A stretch of 64,000 nucleotides of DNA from a virus: IMG/VR virus record IMGVR_UViG_3300046779_002349, positions 32,001 through 96,000 of that record. One strand, 5' to 3'. This document shows, piece after piece, positions 54,582-64,000 of the stretch. The notes under the pieces are model-generated. The model searched no databases. It worked only from the letters and a program-made list of their open reading frames with translations, and was not told the DNA's origin. The translations under genes were made by a program, and so were the position numbers. How positions within the stretch are numbered: position 1 is the first letter of the stretch; every line of letters begins with the position of its first letter.

Positions 54582-54998
54582 TTATTTAACGAATTCGCAG
54601 TAGTGTAGATCTGGAGCGCCGTATGCTCTATTATATTTCTCGTAGCACCATGCGACATCATCGGATTCTGAGTAGGTTGCATATTTTACATTTTCTGCCC
54701 ACCAACGTTTTCCTCTGTAAACCGCTTTAGTATATCCTTCCGGAATTTCGGGTAAAGGTATCCCAATAGGAAAACCTTCATAGCTGCTATCTTTATTCGG
54801 GTTTACCCCATCCATATAAAATGTAGTTACCTTTGGTTTTGATGCAGATATAATAGCTAGGCATTTCGCAACCTCAAAAACATGATTCGGTTGTTTTTTG
54901 CATAACCGCTCAGCCTCAGTTAAAGCAGAATCGAAAGTAGTATGTTTGTGCTGCGGAGCGTATCCTGATCTGTTGATTACGTAATAATATGGTTCCAT
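54582..54998 (-). CDS. Phage hypothetical protein
   Basis: P..KH.TF.SA..EAERL...P...F.V motif common in phage early proteins. Confidence 0.6.
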   Translation of the reverse strand: MEPYYYVINRSGYAPQHKHTTFDSALTEAERLCKKQPNHVFEVAKCLAIISASKPKVTTFYMDGVNPNKDSSYEGFPIGIPLPEIPEGYTKAVYRGKRWWAENVKYATYSESDDVAWCYEKYNRAYGAPDLHYCEFVK

Positions 54999-55182
54999 AC
55001 TGTGTTTGTTGGTTATTTTGTTTATTGGTCTATAAAATTAAAAACTAATAGTACTGTCGTCACAAGGGCTAGACTACATGGAAATAAAATTCCGTCAAGC
55101 GGTCCGTAGTGAACTTGTCTATAAATCTCTCCGACAAGGTATCCGAGTAAAATTCCTAGGGTAGTTAGTTGTACTTTGTTTT

Positions 55183-55521
55183 TCATACGAAATAAATTGT
55201 AATATGTCCCTGATCATTCGTTGCCCGTAAGAATTCGAAACCCTCAGATTCTAGTTTGTCTTTAAGTTTCTTAAATTTTTCAAATTTGCTATATGTATCT
55301 TCGCTTGGGGCGGAGAGACTACTTTCATACTTATTACGGTATACCCAGCGGTGTACTTCTCTGTATGCTTTTCCAAAGACGGGGTATACCCATGTAATTG
55401 AAGACTCTCCCTTTAGAGCTGCTGCTTTGCATTGCTCTACAATCTCGTTATACAGCCTGTCGGTATCGTACAAGATGTTCTGTAACTCTTCTGCTTTTTT
55501 GATTGGTTTTTCGTTTTGCAT
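55183..55521 (-). CDS. Hypothetical protein
   Basis: 112-aa ORF with an A-rich leader. Confidence 0.55.
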   Translation of the reverse strand: MQNEKPIKKAEELQNILYDTDRLYNEIVEQCKAAALKGESSITWVYPVFGKAYREVHRWVYRNKYESSLSAPSEDTYSKFEKFKKLKDKLESEGFEFLRATNDQGHITIYFV

Positions 55522-55523
55522 AT

Positions 55524-55742
55524 TTATTTATTATGTAATGGACATTCTGGGCAAGGAATCAAAAATCCAAGTCCTTCTTTATCCCGCTCCAATGGTAAAT
55601 TTTTTCCGAAGAAACAGTGGTCCTCTGTTCCGAATCTTGTTTGATACAGGAAGATACAATAGTTCTTATTTCTTACGTCTACAGCGCAAGTCGGTTTGTT
55701 ATCTGGTGTGTAATAAGTTTCTACTTCTAGTGTCTTTTTCAT
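55524..55742 (-). CDS. Small Cys-rich hypothetical protein
   Basis: Probable start MKKTLE overlapping the upstream stop; five Cys ending PCPECPLH. Confidence 0.5.
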   Translation of the reverse strand: MKKTLEVETYYTPDNKPTCAVDVRNKNYCIFLYQTRFGTEDHCFFGKNLPLERDKEGLGFLIPCPECPLHNK

Positions 55743-56209
55743 TGTGTTATGAATGGTGGTGTTTCTCTTCTGCTCCAATAGTGTAAGTGCCTTTTCGCTA
55801 CATTATAATACGATCTGTAGGATTGTATTGGGCACTCAGTTTTAAACTCATCAGGCATTGTTAGAGTGAATGGAGTAATTCCGCTTTCCTCAAAAGATAG
55901 CCTATGCTTATTTTCATTAATAAATGGTAGTAATAGAGAAGAAGCGTGAACATTATCGCTACGATAAGTAAACTCTTCTCCTAACTTTGTTGCATACTCG
56001 ATAACCCACTCTAGGTTATCTAAGCTTTTTCTTGCCCATATCGCACTCGGATGATTCTGATGGGTTTTTCGATACGGAGCCTCTATACCTTGTAAATGAA
56101 AAGCCGTACAAAGTAATTGTACGGCTTCCATCAGCATTTTCCCTACATGCCTGTCTACATGGTATCTTGCGTTTGTTGACAAATCGTTGTCTAAGTAGAA
56201 TAAGTTCAA
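55739..56209 (-). CDS. Pyrimidine-dimer DNA glycosylase/DenV-like family protein
   Basis: MNLFYLD..HVDRHVGKMLMEAVQLL..YRKTHQNHPSAIW.R..MPDEFK..YR.YY. Confidence 0.75.
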   Translation of the reverse strand: MNLFYLDNDLSTNARYHVDRHVGKMLMEAVQLLCTAFHLQGIEAPYRKTHQNHPSAIWARKSLDNLEWVIEYATKLGEEFTYRSDNVHASSLLLPFINENKHRLSFEESGITPFTLTMPDEFKTECPIQSYRSYYNVAKRHLHYWSRRETPPFITQ

Positions 56210-56715
56210 AGTGTTCTTACAATAATTTGGATTGGTGATTTATTGAATGCTAGTTTGATTAATTTACGAATTACGCTCCAGCTGCCTCGCGCTAGTCCAG
56301 AACCAATCTTTGGCATTTGGATTACCTCTACATTGTCTCTCTCAGCTTTCATTCGTAGAGCCTTGAGACATGTAAACAGGCTATTGTAAATTAATGGTTG
56401 TGGGTTTGCTTCACTGGCTACTCCATCCATAGCAAACATGTTGCATATGGTAATGTTGGGTTCCACATCGACAAATTGTACTGTACCTTGCTTTAGTACG
56501 TCCCTATCAATTTTTTTACACAGAATTCTGTACATCGCCTCTGGTTGTTTCCACTTCTTAGAAATGGCTACAACAATACCAGCTCCCCAAAGTCCTTTAT
56601 TGTTTACTACGTGAGCAATAATGGTTTTCTTCGTAGGATCTGTGTGTAGAGCGTTTCCTTTTTCCTGTACGAAATTTACTTCTAGCTCTTTATTTTTTTG
56701 ATTGTTGCTTTCCAT
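56206..56715 (-). CDS. Macrodomain protein (ADP-ribose glycohydrolase, Poa1p/DarG-like)
   Basis: KGNAL, IAHVVNNKGLWGAGIVVAI, MPKIGSGLARGSW. Confidence 0.85.
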   Translation of the reverse strand: MESNNQKNKELEVNFVQEKGNALHTDPTKKTIIAHVVNNKGLWGAGIVVAISKKWKQPEAMYRILCKKIDRDVLKQGTVQFVDVEPNITICNMFAMDGVASEANPQPLIYNSLFTCLKALRMKAERDNVEVIQMPKIGSGLARGSWSVIRKLIKLAFNKSPIQIIVRTL

Positions 56716-56811
56716 ACCTTATTTATTTTTTTCAAGAAACACATAAAATAAAGCATGGTGCAAAGCAAGGTCAAAAAACCTATGTATAAAAAATAATCTA
56801 AGCTTTCTTTC

Positions 56812-57009
56812 CTAGGAGGTAGCATTGGGAGAGTTTTTGATTTGAGGGATCAGGACGCCTCGTTTATCAGCTGGCACGGATTGCATGAACTCATTGAATT
56901 CATTTACCCATTTGAGCACAGCATCTAATTTAGCGTTACCGTCCAAGTCTTGTGTAACATTTTTTGGCGGAATCATAACAATGTCCACTTCAATTGATTG
57001 TATGTTCAT
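56812..57009 (-). CDS. Hypothetical protein
   Basis: Small coupled ORF. Confidence 0.45.
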   Translation of the reverse strand: MNIQSIEVDIVMIPPKNVTQDLDGNAKLDAVLKWVNEFNEFMQSVPADKRGVLIPQIKNSPNATS

Positions 57010-57218
57010 TTATCAAATTTTTTGTGTTTAATGTAATAAATTGTGATGTTTTCTTTCTTGGTGTCTGATTCAGTAAACCAAGCCATTTCTAAAGCATTTC
57101 CTTCTTTATTAATTTTCTCGAAAGTTTCTCTAAATAGCGTATCGTCATTAGCAGGAATTACCGTACCCCAACAGGACACAGATTTCCCATTAATAAGTTT
57201 TCTTGTTTTAAACGTCAT
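57006..57218 (-). CDS. Hypothetical protein
   Basis: Small coupled ORF. Confidence 0.45.
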   Translation of the reverse strand: MTFKTRKLINGKSVSCWGTVIPANDDTLFRETFEKINKEGNALEMAWFTESDTKKENITIYYIKHKKFDK

Positions 57219-58138
57219 ATATCGATGATTTCTTTTTGTTGTTTTTTAGTGATTCTTTCCGCTGCATCTTTTCTTGATGTCTCCACAAATGTGTTTGTCA
57301 GAAGCTCCGATATAGAAGCCATTGGGATGTCCTGGTTATTAGTTTGCCCACCTTGTTTGGTAGCTGCCATAACAGAACGTGCGTGATAAATAGCGTTGGT
57401 GTTTTTAGTCTGATTGTAAAATCCAATCTTTGTAAGTAAATGTCCTTGAGTCATAAGAACACTTTCTAGTCTCCCAGATGCTACTGCAGCTGGCACTTCT
57501 GGTAGCTGATGTCCAGGTAGACCACTAAGGAATAGAACCTCATCTCCAGAATGGTTGTATCCGAATCTTTTGAGAATTGTGCTAACGTCTTCCCGTTTTG
57601 CATAACCATCGTAAAACTCTACCATTCTTGTCTCAGGATAGATGAGGTTCTTAATGTAAGAATAATCTTTTTTCCTGTCCAATACATTGAAGAATAGTTT
57701 CTCGTACGCAGATATTGTACGTTCACTAATTCCCATCACTGTTGCAATTTTATCTGTGTCAGCAAAATCTTTACATACTAATAGAGCTTCAATCACATTT
57801 CGAATATCTTTCATCTCTGGACTTGCCAGGGATATTGCTTCGATAATATGTTTGTCTTTGTACTTTTGATTAACACAGTATAGATAAGCTTTGAATATCC
57901 AGTTGTCCTCTTCCGTCAAGGCAACTGGAATATCTTTATTAGCTGCTGCAAATATAGCCGCTGTGTGCCAACCGAATGCTGGATTTTTATAAGCGTGTAT
58001 AAAAGATCCTAGCATTGGGTCGACTGGAAACCACAATCTTTTTGCATCTCCGAGCAAGACCGCAGGAGGGCTTAGTTTCTTATTACTAAACTCTTCTGGA
58101 ATATGCTCTGCAATTTGATTGATCTTATCAGCGGTCAT
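57215..58138 (-). CDS. Hypothetical protein with an HTH-like segment
   Basis: DKIATVMGISERTISAYEKLFF resembles a helix-turn-helix. Confidence 0.6.
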   Translation of the reverse strand: MTADKINQIAEHIPEEFSNKKLSPPAVLLGDAKRLWFPVDPMLGSFIHAYKNPAFGWHTAAIFAAANKDIPVALTEEDNWIFKAYLYCVNQKYKDKHIIEAISLASPEMKDIRNVIEALLVCKDFADTDKIATVMGISERTISAYEKLFFNVLDRKKDYSYIKNLIYPETRMVEFYDGYAKREDVSTILKRFGYNHSGDEVLFLSGLPGHQLPEVPAAVASGRLESVLMTQGHLLTKIGFYNQTKNTNAIYHARSVMAATKQGGQTNNQDIPMASISELLTNTFVETSRKDAAERITKKQQKEIIDI

Positions 58139-58174
58139 TTAGCTGATATTAACTAAAAAAAATGTTTTTAACAA
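58139..58174 (-). promoter_or_regulatory. Promoter giving a probably leaderless mRNA
   Basis: TTGTTA-N17-TAATAT-N7-ATG. Confidence 0.5.
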
Positions 58175-58176
58175 GC

Positions 58177-58383
58177 TTATTTAATTGTAGAGGCGATATC
58201 GAGAAATGCTTTTTTCATTCTCTTCATACCTGAATTAATTTTCTTTTTTACTTCGGGATACTCCAGCTCGAGAGCCTCTATAGATGTAGCTGCGTTGATC
58301 ATTGCTTGGTTGAGTTTGGCCCAGTTACGATCAATTATTTTCATTGTCAATTTCTTACTCACTTTCTTATGCTTAATAGCCAT
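58177..58383 (-). CDS. Small basic hypothetical protein
   Basis: Probable start MAIKHK; preceded by TGTGTTATATAAT. Confidence 0.45.
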   Translation of the reverse strand: MAIKHKKVSKKLTMKIIDRNWAKLNQAMINAATSIEALELEYPEVKKKINSGMKRMKKAFLDIASTIK

Positions 58384-58409
58384 GACATTATTATATAACA
58401 CAAGCGGAG

Positions 58410-58721
58410 CTATTTTTGCTTTGTTTTAAATAGCGCACTAGCATCCTTCTCCAGGATAGATAAAAAATGTTTTGTATCTGGATGCTTCAAGTGCATCCTC
58501 ATCAGTTGTTCTGGAGACGGAGGTGGATTTATTTCCATCAATTGCGCTTTCCTTTTAGCTTCTCTAGCCTTTGCACCAGCTCTGCCCATTCTAGACAACT
58601 CTTCTTTGTTATTGGAGAAGATTGCTTTGATCAATTCTTGTGACTTCCCTTTAAATGGATCGAACTTAGGAGCTGCTGATTTAATTAACATCCTTGGTAT
58701 TAAAACAAAAATAGGTTTCAT
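58410..58721 (-). CDS. Small basic KxA-motif protein
   Basis: LIKSAA near the N-terminus; ELSRMGRAGAKA resembles a KGG-type motif. Confidence 0.5.
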   Translation of the reverse strand: MKPIFVLIPRMLIKSAAPKFDPFKGKSQELIKAIFSNNKEELSRMGRAGAKAREAKRKAQLMEINPPPSPEQLMRMHLKHPDTKHFLSILEKDASALFKTKQK

Positions 58722-59803
58722 TTTAAGTAATTTTTTATTTTGTCCAAAAAGCTTATCTCTTCGGAATTCGACTGCGGTTTCTCTGGGGATATAAGAGGTT
58801 TATTTTTTTCTTTCAAGTAGGCATTAAGTTCTAAGCCGCCATAAGTGAGCCCTCCTAATCCTGCTGAGGTTAAAGGTATATCCCGTTTTGCTAACAGGTT
58901 TCTATTTTTATCTGCCTCTTTTAACGCGCCTACAGCTTGTTCTAGTTCAGTTCTGTATTGTGGACTTCCGATTACTGATTTAACTCCGCGTAAATTACCT
59001 TCTCTGTCTAATAAATTGTTTCTAAAACCCCTCATGGTATCAGGGTCTGCTTTTATTTCTCCGTAATTTAATGCTTTTAAATAACTCGATAGCAAATCTA
59101 TGTCTGATCCTTCTACTTTTGTTAACGGTCCTATATTCGCCGAATTTGTCATATATGCAAATTGCTTAGTAGGGCCTTCTGTAACGAGCTGTATACCTCT
59201 ACTACTAGAGGTTGGGTCTGCAAAATAGATACCTCCTTTAAAATCTTTTTCTCTCAGTACTTTATTATCGGGGCTGTAATGTCTAAACGGATCTCCGGTC
59301 TGATAATTTGTATAATTGCTTCTGTCAAATTGTGCTGCTCGCTCTGCATCTGTAAGTTTATCTTTCAAATTACTAAACAAAGAAACATTTCCTAAATCTT
59401 CTTTAGCTCCTAAATTCTTATGAATTAGATTTGAGTACAAGTTTTTATTTTTAACGAACTTATTACCAGCGGGAAGCAAGCTAACTAACTTGTCAAAGAA
59501 AGACGCTGCTTTTTTAAACTTTTTCAAAGGAGGTCCCATGCCTGGTCCTTCTACTTCTGATTTACCTGGAGGTTTTCCATCATAACGAGTTCTTACCCAT
59601 TTTCCAGATTCCATTAATCTTTTTTCGGAATCGCTGGGAGTTCTCACTGCTACGAGTTTATCACCACCTCTCTTTTTTTTAGCTCTAGCTTCTTCTTCGG
59701 AGCGTGCAGCAATACCTGTGTTTCTACCTTCGAAGTAATACAGTTTGTATTCCTCGCTGGCTTGTTTAATAAGGATAGTTGGAATTATTGAGTGTAGGTT
59801 CAT
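58718..59803 (-). CDS. Putative head-cargo protein (KxA-segmented)
   Basis: LIKQAS, FKKAAS; C-terminal Gly-rich hydrophobic segment. Confidence 0.55.
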   Translation of the reverse strand: MNLHSIIPTILIKQASEEYKLYYFEGRNTGIAARSEEEARAKKKRGGDKLVAVRTPSDSEKRLMESGKWVRTRYDGKPPGKSEVEGPGMGPPLKKFKKAASFFDKLVSLLPAGNKFVKNKNLYSNLIHKNLGAKEDLGNVSLFSNLKDKLTDAERAAQFDRSNYTNYQTGDPFRHYSPDNKVLREKDFKGGIYFADPTSSSRGIQLVTEGPTKQFAYMTNSANIGPLTKVEGSDIDLLSSYLKALNYGEIKADPDTMRGFRNNLLDREGNLRGVKSVIGSPQYRTELEQAVGALKEADKNRNLLAKRDIPLTSAGLGGLTYGGLELNAYLKEKNKPLISPEKPQSNSEEISFLDKIKNYLK

Positions 59804-60781
59804 TTAATAGTTTTGCTTATTATTGTTAAACCACCTTTCTGCTGACCTAAGACCTTTTTCTGTTAAAAAAGTATTAGGTAGTTTAGATGCCCCTGCATTA
59901 TGTAAGGCATCAGAAAGTTCATCTCCAGGTCGGTGTCTCCATAAGAATAATGGGTTAGCAGGTATAACTTTTCTCGTTAAAATTTTATCGGAGTCTGTCG
60001 GATGTAGCAAATACTGTGCGTCAGCACCATGTCCGCTCTCAGCTATTTTTGCGTTTAATTTTGGGCGAACTAATGCTACAGCCGGAATGTCTCCATATCC
60101 ATACGCTCCTCCTGCATACCTCGCTGTTACTGCATCATCAAACAAGCCTCTTATTTGGTTGTTAGTAGGACTAGTCCATAAACTTCCATTACCTCCATCC
60201 GAAGCAATACTGCCGTATCCTTTTCCTTCTAGTACACGTTTCATTTTATACAAACTTCCAAAACTTTGAAGGTTGTTTTCGTCTAAAGCATCTACGGCTC
60301 TCCTTTTTTGTAAAGATTGTCCTACTACAGAAGCTCCTCCATATTTATGCTGTTTTATAAACTTTAGTTGATTTTTTACATCTTGTGGTGAATCAGCAAG
60401 ATGTAATAATTTCTTAATAAGTTTTGTTCTGTTTCCATAGTCAGCGTGTACCCCATTTCTAGGACCCTGAATCCCTCCATAATTTTTTACATTATTGCTA
60501 ATCGCTTTGATAACTTCGGGAGTCCTCAATTGGGGGTATACCCTAGCTGCATGTATGGCCCTGAGAGTTTTGTCCATACCAAAAGTAGGTACTTGCGGTA
60601 TAACGCCGCCTACAGTGGTATCGACAGCAGCCCTAGATTTAGTTATACCTTCCAGCATTTTTAAAGCGTTAATCGGTTTTAAATGTGGAAGCATTTTTTC
60701 CCATTTTCTGGACGCAACCTTAACCAACCCAACACTGGCTTGTTTAATAAACTGCTTAGGAGCTAAAAAAAATAATTTCAT
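59804..60781 (-). CDS. Putative head-cargo protein (KxA N-terminus)
   Basis: FIKQAS, LVKVAS; basic protein. Confidence 0.55.
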   Translation of the reverse strand: MKLFFLAPKQFIKQASVGLVKVASRKWEKMLPHLKPINALKMLEGITKSRAAVDTTVGGVIPQVPTFGMDKTLRAIHAARVYPQLRTPEVIKAISNNVKNYGGIQGPRNGVHADYGNRTKLIKKLLHLADSPQDVKNQLKFIKQHKYGGASVVGQSLQKRRAVDALDENNLQSFGSLYKMKRVLEGKGYGSIASDGGNGSLWTSPTNNQIRGLFDDAVTARYAGGAYGYGDIPAVALVRPKLNAKIAESGHGADAQYLLHPTDSDKILTRKVIPANPLFLWRHRPGDELSDALHNAGASKLPNTFLTEKGLRSAERWFNNNKQNY

Positions 60782-62199
60782 TTCAAAGGCATTACGTAAT
60801 TTGAACTAAGATGTTCTAAGGCAGATAAAGTAGCTCTAATATTATCTTCCATATGAGGTTGTTTTGCAATCAAATCTTCGGCTCTTTGTCTAATAGGATC
60901 CAAGCCTTTTATTTTTACAGCACCTGTAGCTTCACGGATAGCTTTCGCCTTATTCCCTGTTCCTTTAGTTGCGTGAAACTGAGTTCGGAGTTCGTCCAGA
61001 GCCGTAGTAGACCCAAGTATACGATTTTTTATTTCCTTTCCTCCCAATTTCTCTGACATCCGTAGCGGTAAATAAATGTTGCGATTGTACTTAGTTAAAT
61101 CTTTACTTCTCAAAGGTATTTGTACTACGTGACCTAGCTCATGCCTGCCCGAGAGAGAATTAGCCGGAGCATAGATTTCATTAAGATCCTTTCTTGCTCT
61201 TGCTTTATCTGTGAACCCGAGCTTTGGATCTTTCCATGATTGTTTACCAATCCATTTTCTGTATAACCAATTATCTAGGCTAGCAAAGAAAGAGCTTTTT
61301 TGAGGAGCTTTTCTCTTCGGTATGACCCTGCGTCCTTCTCTAATTTGTGCTAGGCTTGCGTCTCCAATTAATAACTTTTTTAACGGATTTATAGCATTGG
61401 TATCTACATTCCTAATACCTGCCAGCAAAGTGTCGTCAGAATTATACACTTCGCTTGCTGGACTGTTTCTCGCACTGTTTATTCTGGCATCTAATGTTTT
61501 CTGAATTTGCCTCAGTTCTCCTAATTGTTTTCCATACTCGTCATTAGCTCGTAATCCTTTATTTAGATTTCCGTGCATGGGTAGTTTAGCGGATTGTTCT
61601 GCTGTTCCTCTTAATATGCCGCCTCTTAATAGCTTAGTAAATTTATTAGCAGATTTCTTAATGAGCTTGCGTTCTCCATTGATAAGATTAAAGCGTTTAT
61701 CTGGTGTGGCTAACTTACCTTTAGAATTAGTTATAAAGCCACTCAGAGGAGACTTTAATGGCTTAGTTATAGTCACATACTTCCTATCCTCTTTAACGCC
61801 TTCTACGGGGCTTTTAGAGGCTTTTAGATCTTCTTCAGTACCATTGATGGTTGAGGATTTTGTGAAGTATTTTGGGAGTATGAAAGCAGACTTTTTTTCC
61901 ATACTCTTCTCAATTGCGTACTCTTGTTTGTAAGCATCTTCAGGAGAATCATGAGTACCTAATTTTCTTTTGCCATCTTTAGTCCACAAAATCCATTTAC
62001 CTGACTTTGGATCTTTTTCGATACGTGCTGATTTTTTAAGCTCGTCTCTAACCGTGGTATTACCTTTTTTGTGTTTCGGCGAGTAAGGGCAATTTGTGCA
62101 GCCAGAACCACAACAGGGTCTTTTCATAAGATCCTCTGCCGTTGGTTCTGATTTAGCTTGTTTTACAATTTCTTGTAGTTTAGCTAGGGAAAACTTCAT
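60778..62199 (-). CDS. KxA-segmented multidomain protein with a Cys-cluster module and an HExxH motif
   Basis: IVKQAK / RPCCGSGCTNCPY / LKKSAR / GKWILWTKDGKRKLGTH / EKKSAF / IKKSAN / RHELGH..DE. Confidence 0.6.
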   Translation of the reverse strand: MKFSLAKLQEIVKQAKSEPTAEDLMKRPCCGSGCTNCPYSPKHKKGNTTVRDELKKSARIEKDPKSGKWILWTKDGKRKLGTHDSPEDAYKQEYAIEKSMEKKSAFILPKYFTKSSTINGTEEDLKASKSPVEGVKEDRKYVTITKPLKSPLSGFITNSKGKLATPDKRFNLINGERKLIKKSANKFTKLLRGGILRGTAEQSAKLPMHGNLNKGLRANDEYGKQLGELRQIQKTLDARINSARNSPASEVYNSDDTLLAGIRNVDTNAINPLKKLLIGDASLAQIREGRRVIPKRKAPQKSSFFASLDNWLYRKWIGKQSWKDPKLGFTDKARARKDLNEIYAPANSLSGRHELGHVVQIPLRSKDLTKYNRNIYLPLRMSEKLGGKEIKNRILGSTTALDELRTQFHATKGTGNKAKAIREATGAVKIKGLDPIRQRAEDLIAKQPHMEDNIRATLSALEHLSSNYVMPLK

Positions 62200-62234
62200 T
62201 TGGATATTATAGCTAAAAAAAGAAATGTAATCAA
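62200..62234 (-). promoter_or_regulatory. Sigma70-like promoter giving a probably leaderless mRNA
   Basis: TTGATT-N17-TATAAT-N6-ATG. Confidence 0.6.
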
Positions 62235-62256
62235 TTGTTTACTTGCTTAAGCTATT

Positions 62257-64000
62257 TTATCTTTTTAGGGTCTCCATCAATTTACTAATACCGTCACTTA
62301 CTTTCGTGTCATTTATTTTATTCGCAGTAGGAAACAAACTAGAAAGTGATGCTGCTGACAACCCTAGTCCGGCGAGACCCTTGACCCCGCCTACTAAATT
62401 TTTAAGTCTTTTTTGACGGGAAAGTACAGGTAACAGAGCTTTTGTCATATTTGCCTTGGCATAATTATTAGCATGAAGCTGCCCTGCTCCTCTACGTAAT
62501 GCGGCAGAATAGTCGTCTTTATTAAGGCGTTCTAAGATATTAACTAATTGTCTTGGGGAGTTAATGGCTTTTACTCCTTGCTGGCGTAAGGCAAACTCTC
62601 TGTTGCCGCTATTCCACTCATCTAGCTTTACCATTTTGTGCTCGTCTAAAAATTCAGGATCTATATCTACTCCAAGGCGTTTAAGTCTGTCGAATATTCT
62701 TTTTTCTTTATCTTTTAATCTACTCCAATTAGTTTGAACACCCAGTACTGACTTGGAGCTTAGTGCTTCTAATGCCCCAGAAGTTCCTGTGGAAATATCG
62801 TGAAAGTCCGCTATATCAGGTAGCCCTATGTAAAGATCCTGAGGTAATTTTTCGAATAATAGTAGATTTTTATCTTTTTTAAGAGACCTAGAGATAGGAT
62901 TATTTTCATGATTTTTACCTAACATTCCTGCTATCTGGTATTTATCCGTTAACCCAGCTCTTCTTAATTCTCTTCGTAACTCCCTTATTCTGGAGCCCAC
63001 GTAATCGCCCCGACCAGACCCTGTTACAAAAATTAATTTTTTGTCTCCTAAATTTCTTAACAGTTGTTTCTGGTGATCGTTTAGATTTGGATTACGAAGA
63101 GCCTCATTAATTACATCCGTTTTAGTTTTTGTTTGAGAATCCTGCAAAATAGAAGTAGCTTTTTCTGTCAGTGTTGGCATTCCTCTATTGGACACATTTA
63201 TTCTATTAAATTGTCTATTAAAGTCTTGTTCCTTTCCGCCTTGTTTTAAGTTTCGCAGTAGGATATCTTCCGGTCCCCAGGTTATGAAGTTATCTTTAAT
63301 CCCTACTTTTTGGGCTAAACGTCTCAAAGGACCATCTATGTTTAATTTATATCCAAAATGCGGAGAACCTACCGTACCCACGTCTGTCATGTAACCTACA
63401 AAACCGCCAGGTGCCACTCTTGCCCGAGAATCTCTTCTCAATTGTCCTGGAGAATCTCCTTTGTCCCAATCCCATGGGCTAGTGGGGCCCATTCCTGCGT
63501 CAGCGAAAACATCGAATTTTTTTCTATATGATCGTTTGTCGTAATTATTAGAAGAATCTCTATATGCATCAACTATGTCAATATCTGCAAACTGTGGATT
63601 TTCTTTTTTAATGTCGATTAAGACATCTCGCATCGCTTGCCCTGGGTTTTTATGTCCATCGCCATGTCTTGCCAATTCGGACCAAGATACTCCGACTCTA
63701 AGTGGTCTGACTAAATCGTTTACCCCAGACCCTAAGCTCATTGCTCCGGCAGCTACTCCGGCAACTGCTGGTAATTCCTCTGTTACATTTGATTTTTTCT
63801 CTAATGTATCTTTTATTTCTTTTCCTCCAAATAACAAGCCCATTCCTGCAGAAGTATTCCTTGCAAAGGTTGTTGCTTTATTTAAATTAGGTATAATTAC
63901 GTCCGCTGCGTTTTCGTAATTCTGCGCATTTCCTCCACCAGAAGTTAATGGGCTAGAACCAGCGTATTTATTTCGCAAATCTCTAAAGTATTTACGCGCA
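62257..64000 (-). CDS. GT-B (MurG/GT28-like) glycosyltransferase-domain protein with hydrophobic flanks, 5'-truncated
   Basis: HGDGHKNPGQA, LIFVTGSGRG, ISTGTSGALEAL. The frame is open to the window edge, so the true start lies outside. Confidence 0.55.
   Translation of the reverse strand, partial: ARKYFRDLRNKYAGSSPLTSGGGNAQNYENAADVIIPNLNKATTFARNTSAGMGLLFGGKEIKDTLEKKSNVTEELPAVAGVAAGAMSLGSGVNDLVRPLRVGVSWSELARHGDGHKNPGQAMRDVLIDIKKENPQFADIDIVDAYRDSSNNYDKRSYRKKFDVFADAGMGPTSPWDWDKGDSPGQLRRDSRARVAPGGFVGYMTDVGTVGSPHFGYKLNIDGPLRRLAQKVGIKDNFITWGPEDILLRNLKQGGKEQDFNRQFNRINVSNRGMPTLTEKATSILQDSQTKTKTDVINEALRNPNLNDHQKQLLRNLGDKKLIFVTGSGRGDYVGSRIRELRRELRRAGLTDKYQIAGMLGKNHENNPISRSLKKDKNLLLFEKLPQDLYIGLPDIADFHDISTGTSGALEALSSKSVLGVQTNWSRLKDKEKRIFDRLKRLGVDIDPEFLDEHKMVKLDEWNSGNREFALRQQGVKAINSPRQLVNILERLNKDDYSAALRRGAGQLHANNYAKANMTKALLPVLSRQKRLKNLVGGVKGLAGLGLSAASLSSLFPTANKINDTKVSDGISKLMETLKR

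Noticed and set aside
1-64000. Stop-codon reassignment (alternative genetic code)
   Set aside because: Long genes are intact under the standard code, all three stop codons end plausible genes, and no suppressor tRNA was seen.

Overview
A 64-kb, AT-rich segment of a large (probably jumbo) contractile-tailed dsDNA bacteriophage, almost all encoded on the minus strand. From left to right: a partial cyclic-phosphate-type receiver-domain gene, a stand-alone RAMP/Cas7-like gene, SbcC/SbcD, five tandem paralogues, and a plus-strand large terminase. Next is a ~1.85-kb ncRNA-rich region (10483-12332) directly downstream of a TROVE/vWA (Ro60-related) gene. It holds an array of nine covarying hairpins that share an unpaired CAGCAA, two tRNAs (Arg-TCT and a CAT tRNA, probably Ile2), and several CCA-ended tRNA-like elements; this is the best candidate for an undescribed system. 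Then come a baseplate/tail cluster with an embedded sigma70-type factor and a -1 frameshifted tail chaperone pair, and a head module (capsid, decoration, scaffold-like proteins, protease). The right end has ThyX, DenV-like and macrodomain genes, small accessory ORFs, and putative head-cargo proteins. Head and cargo proteins are peppered with a hydrophobic-x-K-x-A motif that looks like a maturation or packaging signal. All protein calls rest on motifs recognised by eye and on gene order; no searches were run.
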